Source of the DNA: Callorhinchus milii
Lineage: Eukaryota
NCBI RefSeq assembly: GCF_018977255.1
Contig: NW_024704757.1
Span: 13,640,001-13,704,000, forward strand
Direction: 5' to 3'
Length of the DNA stretch: 64,000 nt
Translations under genes and position numbers: made by a program
The notes under the pieces: generated by a model
Database searches by the model: none
What the model saw: the letters and a program-made list of their open reading frames with translations, nothing else
Told to the model about the DNA's origin: nothing
Shown here: piece by piece, positions 1-13,480 of the stretch
How positions within the stretch are numbered: position 1 is the stretch's first letter
Layout of the letters: every line of letters starts with the position of its first letter

Positions 1-862
1 AGATGCTGAAGACTATAATTTTTTAGTACAATAAAGCTCGCATCAACTCTGCCCGCTGTCATACATCAATTCATTCCATCAGGCCTTTTAAATGTATCGC
101 AAAAGCTCTGCAGCAAAAAAAACAACTTTTTTTAATATATATATATATAAAAAAGATTAAGCAGACCCTTTATTGCACTTTGGATAATTTGAATAACGTG
201 ACCCTCTCGTCTATTTTGCATCAGTTCTCCTGCACTGTGTTTGTTCAAATCACCAAAATGCCTAACAGCACATCTAAATTTGTGTTCCCCAGGATTATCT
301 TTGCCTTCTGAAGCATTATAAGTAAATAAAAGATGTTTCTGGGCACTGCCTGAGTGGCAGTAATCTCCTGGTAGATATTTAGAAGCCAGCCAGCTAAAGC
401 ACGTTCAGGCTTTCATCATTTCCAACCGATTTGACTTATTCTAATTGCAGCTTTTACATTAAGAAGCTATTTTAACATTGCAACAGTGCACAATTTTAAG
501 ATGCTGTTATCATCAAGATGCCATGAAGCCACATTTTTTCCTTGATTAAAATATTGCGATAGATCTGTAGCAAAATTGCTCAAATGACTATATAAAAACA
601 CCCTACAATTGTGGTTTAAATAAAAAAAATCTATACATGCGTATATAACCTTTTCTATGGTTGGATAGCTCTAACATTACCTGACCGGGCTACAGATCCT
701 AAAAATAACTACCTGTTGTTTAAATTGTAACTAAATATAATGCTACGAATTTGCTTTAATTGCAACCTGGTGTTAGTGGAGTCATCGGCAGAATATTATA
801 GTGCCATTCGATGTCACTATGACTATTTTTTTAAGAAAAGGCAAGCAGAGCAGTTGAATTAC

Positions 863-980
863 AATAATAATACTTGCATTTGAGATAGCGCCTGATCACG
901 TCTTCGAAAAGTCTCAAAGCGCATCGCAAAATATACTGTGAAGTGAATTGACTGTGTATTCTGTGGGTGAAATGCGGCAG
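863..980 (-). mobile_element. 5'-truncated SINE (L2-type 3' tail)
   Basis: aataataatacttgcatttgagatagcgcc...ctcaaagcgc...gtgaattgactgt...gtgggtgaaatgcggcag matches the 3' ~115 bp of the full SINE copies in this window. Confidence 0.9.
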
Positions 981-999
981 AATGAAAATGAACCAAACT

Positions 1000-1320
1000 C
1001 CCCTTGCAGTAACAGCACACCCATCACCCAGACTGATTTGGGGGCAGCAATGGTAATGGAAAGTAGATGGGGTCTGGTCCCACAGAAGGTCCAATGGGGA
1101 GTGTACCACACATCTGGAGATGGAGCTTTGGTGGCTTTTTCAGCTGTGAGGAGAGCGAGGGTTATGCTACCAGAGCTGTTGAGCCCAGGTGTTAAAGGAA
1201 GGCGCCAAAACTCCACCATCCAGGTGACCTCGGAGTCCCAGGGGAGGGGGGAGAGGGGGGAGTGCGGGAGGAGAGGGGTGGAGCTCTGTGGGCTTGACCC
1301 TGGGGAATAGTGGAGCCAAC
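1000..1320 (-). mobile_element. Possible decayed L2 LINE ORF2 fragment
   Basis: G-rich + strand loosely resembles the antisense of the region downstream of the L2 RT domain. No clean frame. Confidence 0.3.
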
Positions 1321-1944
1321 AGCCCCCACCCCAGTGGCCTCTGCCATGAATCATCAGCGTCTCAACAACAACAACTTGCACTTATATCGCGCCCTCCAAG
1401 CAGGGTAGCATCTCAGTGCGTCTCCTGTGAAAGGGAAGCCTTGCCCGCCCTTACGATGGTTCTCGAGAGGAGGCTGAGAGGGGCAGGTAAGGGAGCTGAT
1501 GTCGCTTACAGTGAGTGCCTTTTATGTGCAGTTATGGTCATTCAGTTCAATGAAGCTGATTTATTTGTACGTCAGCTAAGGCTAGACTTTGCTGCTTCTC
1601 CAGCATCCCCTCTGCCTGCTACCACACCACGCTAACATAAGGCATTCACACCGCATTTGCACCCACTGTTTGTCGTCAATATCAATATTTACATTATAGT
1701 TTTGCACTGATCTGCTAAGTACTCTTCCACTCATTTCAGCTCAGGCTAATTATCCAACAGTCACCCAGAATACGAAGCAACTGAGACAGGCAGATTTACT
1801 AGCGAGCAAAGTACATTACCATGTTTTCACTCAGTGAAATCCAGCAACACACAGAGAGGTAAAGTTCGCCGCTTATGACACACGACTGACTATCCCAGTT
1901 GTGATGCTGTTGGAAGAGATGAAAGCTTGGTCAAAATTTGCAAT

Positions 1945-2015
1945 TCGAAATCCCGTTTGCCTGTTCAGGTAGACGTAAAAAAGCTCCTGAGGCCATCGTT
2001 TGAAAAGGGAAAGGA
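1945..2015 (+). mobile_element. DeuSINE core fragment
   Basis: cccgtttgcctgttcaggtagacgtaaaa matches the Deu-core motif seen in the 3255 and 27825 copies. Confidence 0.65.
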
Positions 2016-2170
2016 TTATTAGTTATTATAACATATTGAGCTGCCTTTGTAGAATTTATTTTGGTGCTGACACTGCGTACGTCCGATCAACAAACGAGCA
2101 AGCCCCTTTCTCTAAATCGACTTGCCAGAGAATGTGGAAGTTAGCACTCTATTAGCCAAACCCCATACCG

Positions 2171-2211
2171 AGTCAATCAGTCAGTCAGTCAGTCAGTTTG
2201 TCAATCAGTCA
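2171..2211. repeat. (TCAG)n microsatellite, imperfect
   Basis: agtcaatcagtcagtcagtcagtcagtttgtcaatcagtca. Confidence 0.9.
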
Positions 2212-3254
2212 CCCCTTGTGCGATGGTATGCATAACCGTTAAAGTAATGAATTCATAAACTAGTTGTAATTTATACCACCTTTCAGATTCCTGCTGTTTA
2301 AAAATGAATCAAAACGTAGATAAAAGTTTCCCGGAACATCATTTACATGCTTATTACCTTATAATCATTCAAGGCACAGTGTCTGTTGTAAAGCTAGCTC
2401 CAGTCAACCACCAACTCACAATTGGCGCTGGTGGGGGTGGAAGAAAACAGAGATGGCGTTTCTTTGTGAAATTAATGTAATTGGGTTTATCCATTATGCA
2501 ATAATAATGATTAAGCCTCTTATTAAACTCTTTACAGGTAGAATTTAGTCACCTTCCCACAGGATTTCATGACTCTTCTGTGGATAAGCCTTCTGCTTCT
2601 AACAGGATAGTTGTGTTTGCGAGGCACACCATTAGGCCATAATAAATGACTGCAGGAATAGTTACGATTTTAGAAAATTGCATTAACTCGGCATGTCCTC
2701 AACACCACAATACGATCGCTGTTCCAAATGAGAGGAAATAGTAACACCGCTAAGTTTGCATCATCTGTCTTACAATAAAGTGTTGCTTTTCCTCCCGAAT
2801 TTCTGTGCTGGAAAAATTAATCTTTGCCAAATATTCTGAAACAGCCTGAAGAAGTCTTCTCAGTCCCTATAGCTTTTGGTAACAGCGAAACAATGATGAT
2901 AACTTGCACTTTTATAAACTTTAATAAGCTGAATAAGATACGCAAGACCCACGTCTAGAAGTATCAGAACAGATACCGTAAGCGTACTTTTACTTCTCTG
3001 CTGTAATAGCTTCACTTCATACTTGTTCAATTAATTTGTTTTTAATAGAAATTGGAGGAATTATTTAAGCACAGCATGAATACAGTCTTTTTTAAACAGC
3101 TTATGTTTCCCCCTTTTATATCTGGTTTACCTGGTGCTGTTTAACCTTATTTTTTGCTCTTAGAAATACACTGCAACCATGTCCTTCCTGATAAAAACTA
3201 GGAACTGTTCAGGTGACCAGTGTTCATTTCATTTAAACCGAAGCGCGTCGCTGA

Positions 3255-3432
3255 ACGTGGCAGACAAATTGTGCACAGCAATGGCCGGCAAACAGTCAGG
3301 GACGTGAAATCAAGGACTAATTTCGTCTGGGGGTTTGTCGGCCTGGACACGGGAAGAGAATAGTGCCTCGGGATCTTTAATGCCACTTGAACAGGCAAAC
3401 GGGACCTCAGTTTAACGTCTCATTCTAAGGCC
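3255..3432 (-). mobile_element. Old DeuSINE (SacSINE1/AmnSINE1-like central domain)
   Basis: Minus strand reads ATGAGACGTTAAACTGAGGTCCCGTTTGCCTGTTCAAGTGGCATTAAAGATCCCGAGGCACTATTC...TTGCTGTGCACAATTTGTCTGCC, the Deu-domain pattern. Confidence 0.85.
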
Positions 3433-4109
3433 GGATAACGATCGTACTTGGATCTCAACGAAACGACCGTCGTAATCCTCCCACCTTATTGTGTCTAACC
3501 GACTTATCAGGCTGGCCTTGTGCAACTTTCAAAGCATCTAAATTGCCGGATAATAACCAAACCACCTGGTGCTGTGGGTCAGCTCGCCGAGTGCATTGCT
3601 CCCAGAGAATTTACGAGCTTGCAACAAAATTACAATTGATTGAGCGAGGATATTACTGCGAACAAAGAACATCAATGTGCAACTCGAAATTCATAAGTGG
3701 TACATTTCCTCCCTCACCCACTCAAGATGTACGATTACAAATAAAACCTTGTAGGGAATAACCCCCCCCCCTCCCCCATTACACTTCCAACCCCGAGCCC
3801 TCCACACCACAACCCCCTTCGAATATAACACTACAGCGGGAAGAAACAAGATGTAAGATGTCTGTGCTTTTAAATCACAGAAGCTTTTTGCCCGTTGAAT
3901 AAAATAAATGCATGGTAAATGAGACCACAGCCTGTCAGCCATCCTTCGTCCTCTGTGATTTCTGACGTTGTAATCCGATGGAAGGACAAGCGGGGGGTGG
4001 GGGAGGGAGGGAGGGATGGGGAGGGGAAGGGAGTCCTATCTTGTGACCTGCTGCCAGCTGTAACCGTAGGCAAATTGCTTGTGAGGATTAAGAAGGGGAG
4101 CCCATCACA

Positions 4110-4260
4110 GGATCAGTGTCAGTCAGCAAGAAAGACTCAATCTGTGAGCAATCAGGACACTGTAATTCACTTCCTTTTAGAGCGAGTTGCCGTGGATCTG
4201 AGCAGAGCATCTGAGCACCGACAGAGCTAATTCGCAAATAGCTGCACAGAAAGCTGCTCT
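4110..4260 (-). repeat. Fragment of unassigned old repeat ('family B')
   Basis: AGCAATCAGGA at 4147-4157 is the reverse complement of TCCTGATTGCT in the 42609 and 23210 copies. Flanking similarity is loose. Confidence 0.4.
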
Positions 4261-4891
4261 TAGTTGACGACGAAGAAAATGGGAGTAAAGAAATCATTAA
4301 ATATTGAATTCACCTTCTACTTAAAAAGAAACAACAATTCGGATAGCTTAGTTGTAGCCCTTTCAAGATGACTTATTTGGATGTCACACACCTTCAGGAT
4401 TTCACTTACAGTCGAAAAGGAACTTATTCATTTCTGTAATTCCATGTATTTGCAGTTAAAAGTTAAATGAAACATTAAGGGTGGAATGGAAATGTTGACA
4501 GACGTGAAAGAATTATAGCGGCAGAGCTCATATTATATTGATGCGGAAGTGCAGGGGAGTCTAGCGCTGTTATTTGATCCCTCGTTGGTTAAATTAGAAA
4601 ACCTGACAATAATTATGTATACATTGAGTGCTATTTTTTATTTGAAAAATCTCTTTAAACCGTTTAATCATTTTTTTCTTAAGCGTCGACCGAAACCCCG
4701 CACAGCCCCGCCACCATATTCAATCACGCTGTCCACTGCGTCTCCCATTACTGCGGTGCAGGAACTGCCAGCCGAATAAATATTTAATTCATTCTCATTT
4801 ACAGGCCCTAGATGTGTAAAAACAAACCCTGCATCACGAGAATTGTCACCGCTGAGAGAAAGAGAGAGAAAAAAAAAATTTGGTGCATTAA

Positions 4892-5165
4892 TTCGGGTGA
4901 GATGTTAACTGAGGCCCCGTCTTGCCTATTGAAGTGGCATGTTAAAGATTCCCAGATAATCATTCGCGAGTAAAAGCGAGGTTCCCCCCAGTTGTCCTGG
5001 TCAACAATCCACCCAACTAATTTATCATTGGAGTCGTGTGTATTTGTGGGGATTTTCTGGGATTTATTTGTCCGTTCTAAAAAAAAGTCGCCACATTCGA
5101 CAGATATTACGAGTGAAATGTTTCGAGAAGTTTGAACGTGGTAAAGCATTAGAAAAATACAAATC
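4892..5165 (+). mobile_element. Old DeuSINE, degraded
   Basis: tgagatgttaactgaggccccgtcttgcct...gttaaagattccc...gtcctggtcaacaatcc...tttgtggga, followed by a degraded tail. Confidence 0.8.
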
Positions 5166-5478
5166 CTTGACATTAATTCACAAAAGGTGTTTCCAGGAAC
5201 CCACTATACATACGTCTCTCCAGTACAAAACTCGAGTCCTTTAAACTTAACGCAAGTAAAACTCAGACTGTCCTTTATTAATTTGATATTATACGGCTGA
5301 TGAGTAGATTATTTTATAACTCTGGTTTGTTTGCACTTGTATATTCTGAATTATATATTGTTATATGACAGTTTCCTTAATACTAAAATTGCCATCTGCA
5401 TTCTCGCTCCAAATGCTATATATACAGTATATATGTACATATTTACATACAGTATCTGTGTTTCAGTTCATTGTATAT

Positions 5479-5584
5479 TAATAATAATAATCCTTACAAT
5501 TGATATAGTACTTTTCACATCTTCTAGATGTCTCAAAGCGCTTCACAGAATATATTGTAAAGTGAATTGACTGTATTTTTTAGG
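5479..5584 (-). mobile_element. 5'-truncated SINE tail
   Basis: (aat)n-ccttac...gtctcaaagcgcttcacagaatatattgtaaagtgaattgactgta. Confidence 0.9.
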
Positions 5585-6599
5585 TTATTTACATCTTTAT
5601 GTATCTTCCATCTTACAAATCATTGATGCGATGTTGCTGTGATTATTCTTTTTGTTAACTAGTTATCACCGACTTTAGCTCCGCGCCAATGCCCTGATAT
5701 CTTGTTCTGGCTCTTGCCATTATTAATAATTTATATCACAGAACGTATATGCCATGAAAGAAGCTAAAGGGAAGAGTGTGTGGAAAAGTGCAACCGTTAC
5801 CAGCATTTTGTGCTCATTAAGGTGAGAAATGTCAAGGAAGGAACATTTTTGTGATAGAACGGACCAAGGGAATCTCTGCTATCCCAAAGCATTGCCCTGA
5901 GAATGAACCTTCGCATTAAATCCTCTACCCAAGTTTCTAATGAGAAACTTTAAATTCTGACAAGTGATGAATCCCATGTTAAAACTCCTGAAAATGTTAT
6001 GGCCGTATATATATTATCCCAACCGCTCTCAATGCACAGTCCCCACCATGTTGCTTGCATTACCTGGTCAACCCTTGACATTTTCTAATGGAAGGAAAAG
6101 TTCACAAGTAAAGCAAGGCAAAGTTGCCCAACGAAATGACAGTGAGATGTAGATTTATGACTTGTAATTTGGGAGCAGTGGATTTCAATGAAAGAAGAAA
6201 AAAAATGAACTATGAGGAGTTTTAATGGGTGATGTTAACATTGCAAGCGTGCTTGTGAACCAGCCTCCGAACCCAGCTTATTGTATCAACTGGGTATTGC
6301 TGTTCTCTAAACTCTCGAGCCTGAGTCTGTGGGAGATAAGGCTGGCAGATTAGATGCCAAATCCAAACAGCTTGTGCGCTTTAGTGTTCTGTTTGTTATA
6401 GAATCAATGGCTTGATTTGGAAGGAACGTGCTGTACCACTAACGCGGAATGTTATTTCCTGCATTATTGACCTGATATTGAGAATGGGGCAGATGTGGGC
6501 CACATTAATATTAGAATGAAAGGCTACTAAATTGAAGGCCGTAAACGACCACATTTTTCAATCGTTCCTCATCAAACCACTGAATGATAAAAACACAAA

Positions 6600-6725
6600 C
6601 ATGAAGGTATTTAGAAACGCAATGGAGACCACTGGGTCCATCTTAGCAGTGATCCCATCCCCACTGTCTGTACCACCGACCTTTTCATCATATCCCTCAA
6701 TCCCTTCTCTCTCCAGCAAAACATT
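6600..6725 (-). mobile_element. Possible CR1 LINE 3' end remnant
   Basis: ggagaccactgggtccatc...catatccctcaatcccttctctctccag resembles the antisense CR1 3' ends at 16371 and 50185. Confidence 0.35.
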
Positions 6726-7789
6726 GATTTGCTTCGTATTTGCACCATTTGCTTCAACAGCCTTTTGTTTGCAACAAAGCTCTGCCTTAACTTTCCTTTT
6801 TACTCATTGCGTCTTCATTTTTTTTTACTTGGCTTAGAATTTTTGGGCTGCAGTTGCCGTCAAAACCAAACTTTATATATATACATATACATATACATAT
6901 AAAACCCTATATATTTGGAGATCCAGGCTTCAATATTGGAAAATATTAGTGTGTTTCACGTGTCACAACCAGAACGGCATAAAATTGATACTTGGAAATA
7001 AATAGTAAAATCTGTTTTATGACAGATTTAGGAATTTTTTCCCCATTTAAATAAAAAGGCGAATGTTTCTTTGCGTAAATAAAATGTTAAGATCACATCA
7101 GGTTACGTGACGCTTGGCCTATCAATTGGGTCATTGAATGAATACAGCCGTATAATAGGTGGATGTGTCATTTTCCTGACACTTGACACTCTCAAGACAA
7201 GAGCAAAAAATAGGCGTGCAGAAACTGCTGTATTTGCGATAACAGCACATCATGCAGGAACTGGGAAGATAACTGCGCGGGGGGGAAAAAAAATCTGTCT
7301 TCAGAGATCACAGGTAGGAAGCTGAATGGAAACTAGAAAATAATTCAGGATAGCGAAAAGAGTCTAAATGTGTTTAAGATAGGAACCAACCACAATAATA
7401 GGAGGCTTTTCCAGGGAGAATCGGCGGTAATAGACGGTGATGCATCGAGGAATTCTATTCTCCGGTCACTCTGATTGGGGCGAGGGGGCCTTTGATATGA
7501 AGAGGGAGTTTTATCTTGGGTATAACACATACATTATAACATGGTGACCTTCGAATGAACTACCCAACAAACTGTTTTCCGCCCAGAAAAGAGTGGGGGG
7601 GAGTGGGGTGGGAGAGATACAAATTTGGTCTAGAAATGTATGAAAGATGAACTGTGGAGATCGAAACTAGAAACCGACCAAAAAAAAAAAGGACATTCCT
7701 ATCAGATCTTTAAGATTAATAACATAGTAAAGACAGTTACAAATGTGGGATATCTATTTTTTATAGTCTGTCTTCTTTTTACCTGAAAT

Positions 7790-8700
7790 GTGTGAGATAG
7801 GTCAACGAACAAACTCAAAGTCACAGATGGTCAGGCTATTCTGATCTCCCAGAGCAGACGGAACTTAAAACACGCATGACATGATGGCGGATATCCTAGG
7901 GCTGGGAGATGACAGCTAACAAGCAGATTAAGAACAAAAGGTAGAACACGTTGAAATTGGGATCACTGGGAAGACATGTCTATTCAATAAGGTGTCTAAA
8001 GATCCTGATCGAGGGTCTTTTGCTGAGGCTCTTTAAGGTTCATCAGGATCAATGTCAACGGCGTGCACTCTAAAGTCTCCTGATTGAGATTAAAACCCTT
8101 CAGTAGCACGTCAATCAGCGGCACAAATCGGTCTGTCTCGACTGCAGCTGGTCTGCGGGAAACGTGCGTCAGAAAAGAGAACATGATTTCAGGCCAAGGT
8201 TCATCGTAACAGAAGGAGATGGGAATCACCCCAGCAAATGGCATCAAGCAACTTGACTGTGCGACTAAGTCATTCAGGTGGTGGAAACAGGACGAGATGT
8301 ACTTTGGGCTTATCTGCCATGAACGCACTTTAGCAGCAGCGTTTTAGTTAAGAGTGAAGCGTTGGCAAAGAGACAACACGACTCCATAGCTCACTAGCGT
8401 CTTTCCCAGAGGGATATTAGATTGTAAAACAAGGAAGAAAGCCTTTATCGCCGACTTCCATTTGCCCTCGGCTCAGGAGATAGTTAGAGAGTGGGAACAT
8501 GCTGGCTGCAGACTCTGAAGAGGCAAGTTCGTAAAATAGGTGACACAGAACTGGAAGGGAACAGAACTGGGGGGGTGGGGGGTCTCCAGCGAGAGGAAAA
8601 TGCCCTTCCATCGGAAGGCCCAAACCCTTTATTGCTTGGTGACAGTAACCCTGCACTAATTCTGCACTGAGTTACCCTAGGATCCACTGCTAATATAAAT
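7790..8700 (-). mobile_element. Possible highly decayed Ngaro/DIRS-like retroelement
   Basis: Broken minus-strand peptides in plausible order: LTIS, NAAAKV, AICWGDSH/SFC, FVPLIDVLLKGF, NLKE, LFVDLSH. These weakly recall the ORF1 end and RT start of tyrosine-recombinase retrotransposons. Confidence 0.25.
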
Positions 8701-10094
8701 AGACCCCATCCTGATGCAATCTGGAGAAAGTGGGTTCAGGAGCAGAGCCACTGTTCCATTTGGCTTTTTAATTCAACAGTGAGCAAGGTAAGCCAAGGAA
8801 AGTTCAACAGTTGCATTTGGATGCGATTCAAGGCCACGTCAAGTAGAATGGGTGCAGAACTCCAAAGTCAGATCTGATGGTTCTTCAGACCAGGTAGGAC
8901 ATGGCAACAGGAGGTGAGAATCAGGATTTCCCACTTCACACGAAAGGAAACCGCGGAAAAGGGAAGTCCACCGTAGACAGGGTACTATTCCTGAAGTTGG
9001 GTCATTTTAAATAGTCTGGGCCCCCAATTCTGACAAGATGGGAATTGGTGAATGAATGAGATGTTTCAAATCAAAGATCATGCAAGATGCTCTCTGCATT
9101 TTATCCAACAGTGAGCGAGTTAGGCCGAGATTCTGAGACCTGAAAGAATCAGAACCTCATTCAGAAGCGCAGGGGAATTCGATGGTTAGGTTTCAATGTA
9201 AAGCTGGCTTCTGAAGTTCAAGCGACTGACTGCTCCATCCGAACCAGCTGACAGCACAGATGGTTGACGTGAAGAAGCACCCTGAATATAAGAGGAAGCA
9301 GCAGGTAAAGGCCCACTCCCAGTTCTGCCATCTCACGGATGGACCTGAGATAACTGAGAGCAAAGTGGCCTGATCGTGTGGGAGTCCACGGAAAGGGCCA
9401 AAATGGATTCATTTCGTTCATAAACTTACAACACTTACAAGGGGAGGGACTGTCACACTGAAGTGAAGGTTAATATTTAGGAGTCGGTGTGAGCAGCAGA
9501 ATTGCCAACTGTAAAAGATGAAGCATCTGGAACAGGTGTATTTAGGTTAGTGGGGCTCGGAGACTGAAAGCTCACTTACCTGATGATAGACTTTGAGTTC
9601 AGGAGTTGGTGGGTTGAATGAGATAATTAGGTTGACCTGCAAAGTGGATATCTTCATGAAACGACAGCAGAAATTAAGAAGTGCAGGCAGGCTTTCTTGT
9701 CTGGCTCACTGCTGTATGATTAACTAGCTCGATTCAATTTTGAGCCACCAGGTGACTTTCAAGAGAGAAAAAAAACAGGCCAGCAGGATAACAGAACTCG
9801 AATACGAACACATATCAACGAACAAGCCACCAAAGAAACTCTCGCACCACAGAAGATTTCAATTTAATTCCTCTTTATAGTTGCCATCTGATTGATAAGT
9901 CACGTTTCATACAATCTGAACCTCAAGGAGATTTGAACTCAAACTTATTGATACAGTGGTGCCTTCGCCTCGAAGAAGACAGACCAGAGAATCTTGACTT
10001 TTGCCACCGTGCCCTTTGCACACAAATGGGACGCCTCGAGATCTGGGCTGCTTATCGGAAAGGAACATTATTTACACCCCTGTGAAGGAGCTTG

Positions 10095-10215
10095 TGAACG
10101 CAGTTTGCACATCGCAAATAGACTGGCAACAAACACCTTTGTGGCTGTTTGAGACACCGCTGAGCGCAAATTGGCTGTCGCGTTAGCCGAACAAATCCAC
10201 AGTCGCCGCACTTCC
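10095..10215 (+). mobile_element. DeuSINE 3'-half fragment, preceded by a weak inverted fragment
   Basis: ggctgtttgagacaccgctgagcgcaaattggctgtcgcgtt, preceded by gtttgcacatcgcaa...caaaca. Confidence 0.6.
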
Positions 10216-11365
10216 CCTCCGAAGGAACAGGTCAGAAAACAGACGTGCAATATTCTAGTTATTCAGTGGCCACGCATGAAAATTCCCGTGCTCATTGGAA
10301 CAAATCAGATTACTCGAGTTGTCCTCTATCTCCTGGGTCCAGTTCTTGCACTACACATATCCTCCAGCAGCTTAGGTAGGATGCAATATGCCGATAACAC
10401 CAATTCTAACTAGTATGTCCTTCGCTCAGCGGGAAGCGACCTTATTGTTTCCTTACAGTTCATTCCTCTCCGATAAGGTGCACCCCATCTCAAGGCCTGG
10501 TACAGAAACAGCCTAAACCTCATCGTGCAAATCAGGATGCAGATTTAGAGACCCAGTCAGCCTGATGCCGTGCTTTTAACTGAGAACTCGACACTATCCA
10601 TCTCCTCAATCTTTAGAGATCCCAGCTTAGCCTGGCATTTGTGATATGCATAATGAAACTTAACCATTACATTTGCACATTAAGACAGGTCATAATTGGA
10701 ATGTTCTCATCAAAAAGTCATAAAATCACCAAATCTTAAAAGACCATCAAGTAGAACGTGTGGTTTCCAAGGGAGGAATGCTAAATTATATGCCTTTTTA
10801 ATACCCATTTGTCTGCACTTATTAAATACAAGAATTATTTATGGATAAAGATTCATTAAAGATAAACAATTCAGCCCTACAATTTTGATAATTTTAACTT
10901 TGCAATAACTTTCTGTGATCGAGTTGGAAACGTTCACTTAAGGCAGTGACAACATCAAACATAAACTTCCTCATCCTGTCCTTGCGTTACACTAGGCAGA
11001 AAAAGAAACCCACGTATTTAGTTAGAAATGCTAACAAAACGAGTGTTTTAGGAGAATTAAATACGATGCAATTTGTTTTTTTTAAAGAAAAGAATCTTTC
11101 GATTAAAACGCACACATTTTACGTTCTTCTGCTTGCAAGAATGGCAAGGGGAAGTTTCAGACCTATAATCTGATCGCCATTCAAGCGGTTTGGACTTGCT
11201 CCCACAATATGTGGGCAGCTGAGCTAAGAATATAAATGGCATTAACCTCAAGGGTTATTATTAACCCGAATTGCAACTGCAAAACATGTTTGTGTTGTGC
11301 GACTGGAAAAACGACTTTGAATTGTTTCGAGGCAAGTGCTTTTGAGGCTTCCTCGTGAAGCGAAA

Positions 11366-11782
11366 GGCACTTAGTTGGTGACCTCTTGCCTCTCGGTCGA
11401 AAGTTTGTAGGTTCAAGCCCCACGTCTAGGCTGATACTCAAACGCCGGGCTGGAGGAGCGTTGCATTATCGGAGGTGTCGTCCTTCAGATGAGACGTTAA
11501 ACCAAGGTTCTGTCTGCTGTCCGTGTGAACTTTAATGATATTTAAAAAAAAAAATCCCATGGCTCTGCTCGAAAAGAGAAAGGAGCTTCCCACAGCGTCC
11601 AGGCTAACAACCCCGCAGATAAAATCAGTCATGTACTTCAGAGGTGCTTGTAGACCATTGCTCTGTGCAAGTTGGCCGCAGTGTCCGTCTACAAAATTCT
11701 TTGCGCTTTACAGCATTTTCTAAGAAGCTCTTTGAGACATCCTCTGCGAAAGGCCCTCTACTGAGTGCGAGGATGATTATTA
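11366..11782 (+). mobile_element. Near full-length old DeuSINE (SacSINE1-type head)
   Basis: Degenerate tRNA head with ggttcaagccc B box, then tctaggctgatactc, cagatgagacgttaaaccaagg, aatcccatggc, ttgctctgtgcaagttggccgc, ctttgagacatcc and a gaggatgattatt tail. Confidence 0.9.
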
Positions 11783-13390
11783 CGTGAATGTAAATTGCTG
11801 CTGCTGTTGAGGGCTGCTGGCATCTCAAATTCAGGGAAACAAAATGAGAAATGAATGGTTTGAACGAGTCTCGATTCAGGATACGGTAATGCTATCATGC
11901 AGAAATGAGGGGGTGGTTCTGCGAAGGAGGAATCCTCGGCTCATAGGGAGAGAGAAAAAGAGCGGCTTGCGCAATAACATATCATTATCTCACATTTTAT
12001 AGCAATTTGTGGACTCTCTATGCAATCAAAGGTTCTGAAGGGCCAATTTCAATTAACTGGTATGACAGAAATGCTGTGTTTTGCACAGAAGCAACTGTCA
12101 GCCAGTAGCCAAGAAAACAAAAAAAACGACAAGGAAAAGAAAACAGCCACTTTGGTTGCGTTTTTGCGGTTTCAGGTCCCCTTGAACCAGTTTAGAGTTT
12201 TTAAAAAAAAACGCACTTTATATCCGAATTAATCACAGGGCTTTCTCCCAGCAGCTTTGACTGCTCGTGTCTTTGCTTCGTCCCAATGCGAACTCGCCCC
12301 CCCCAACCCGTGCTCTGGTCTCTCAAAGATAGACGGTCGCGGGAAGGAGAGAGTCGTGAACGATTTGCTTCCGAAGCCGTGGGGGTGATTTTTTTATAAA
12401 AAAGAAAAGCCTTAGAAAGCACAACATCAGGGGTATCTGCACAAAGAATGGAAGAGGGATGGGAAATTAATAATCCAACAGCCAAGTCCCCTTACTGTCA
12501 TTAATCATGCTGCTTCTCACCAGCTACAGAAGAAGCTTACATTTACGCTCACACTTTGGAGGGGAGTGTATGTCATTGGCTGTCCTCGCTCTCTCTCTCT
12601 CCCCCTTCCCAACGCATATAACCAGCCACTGGTTATTTATAACTGTGAGGCAGTTACAAAATGTATAAGATGGAAGAACCACAGTCCCAGGCTGAGGCGG
12701 CATTTGTTCTGAATAATACACCATAAACTTTATTCGAGACCACTACTCATGTGAACCGTTTGCGAGAGGGTCACCGATCGCTGAATAATTCGACCCCCAC
12801 CCCTCCCCCCAAATCACATCATAATCGAATTGCAACCCATTTCCCCGACTATAATGAAAAAGGCAACCTAAATAATGCAGGTAATGTCGTTGGTTTCCCC
12901 TCACTGTTGTACATTATTACTGACGACTGCTGTCCTCTGTTTCTGCTGTACTGTAACAATGAATATATTTCACAGTTCACTTGGCTTACTGTGTGGGTGG
13001 TAGAGAATAGACACCTCGATACAAGGAAATAAAACATAAAGACGCAGGAATTTTTTTTTAACTGGGGATACGCACCCTGCAGCCTTCTGATGAGGAAGCC
13101 AGGGTTTTTCCACTCACGCCTCGCACACACACACACACAAAAAAAAGTAAATCTTTGTTCACTTCGGAGCCTGCGATCGACTATTTACATTTGCTATCTG
13201 TCAAAAATAGTCTCTGTGAAATAATGAGTCATTTCTAGTTAACAGCGATTTATTGTGTGGCTACAATGCCCCAGCCAAAAAACGTATAAAGTTACTACTT
13301 TAGCTGGCTCAAGGTTAGGAAATCGGTGATTTTATTTTAATATATAGGTATGCTGGTGCAAAAGCAACCGCGTAAAGATTCTAACATGGA

Positions 13391-13480
13391 GCCCACTGAA
13401 TTTTACAATGAATCCCATCAAGCGCTTTGAGATGTTCCAACGACTTGATGAGATACCACGTCAAATGCAAGGATTGGTAT
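13391..13480 (+). mobile_element. SINE tail fragment
   Basis: aagcgctttgagatgtt...caaatgcaaggatt. Confidence 0.75.
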
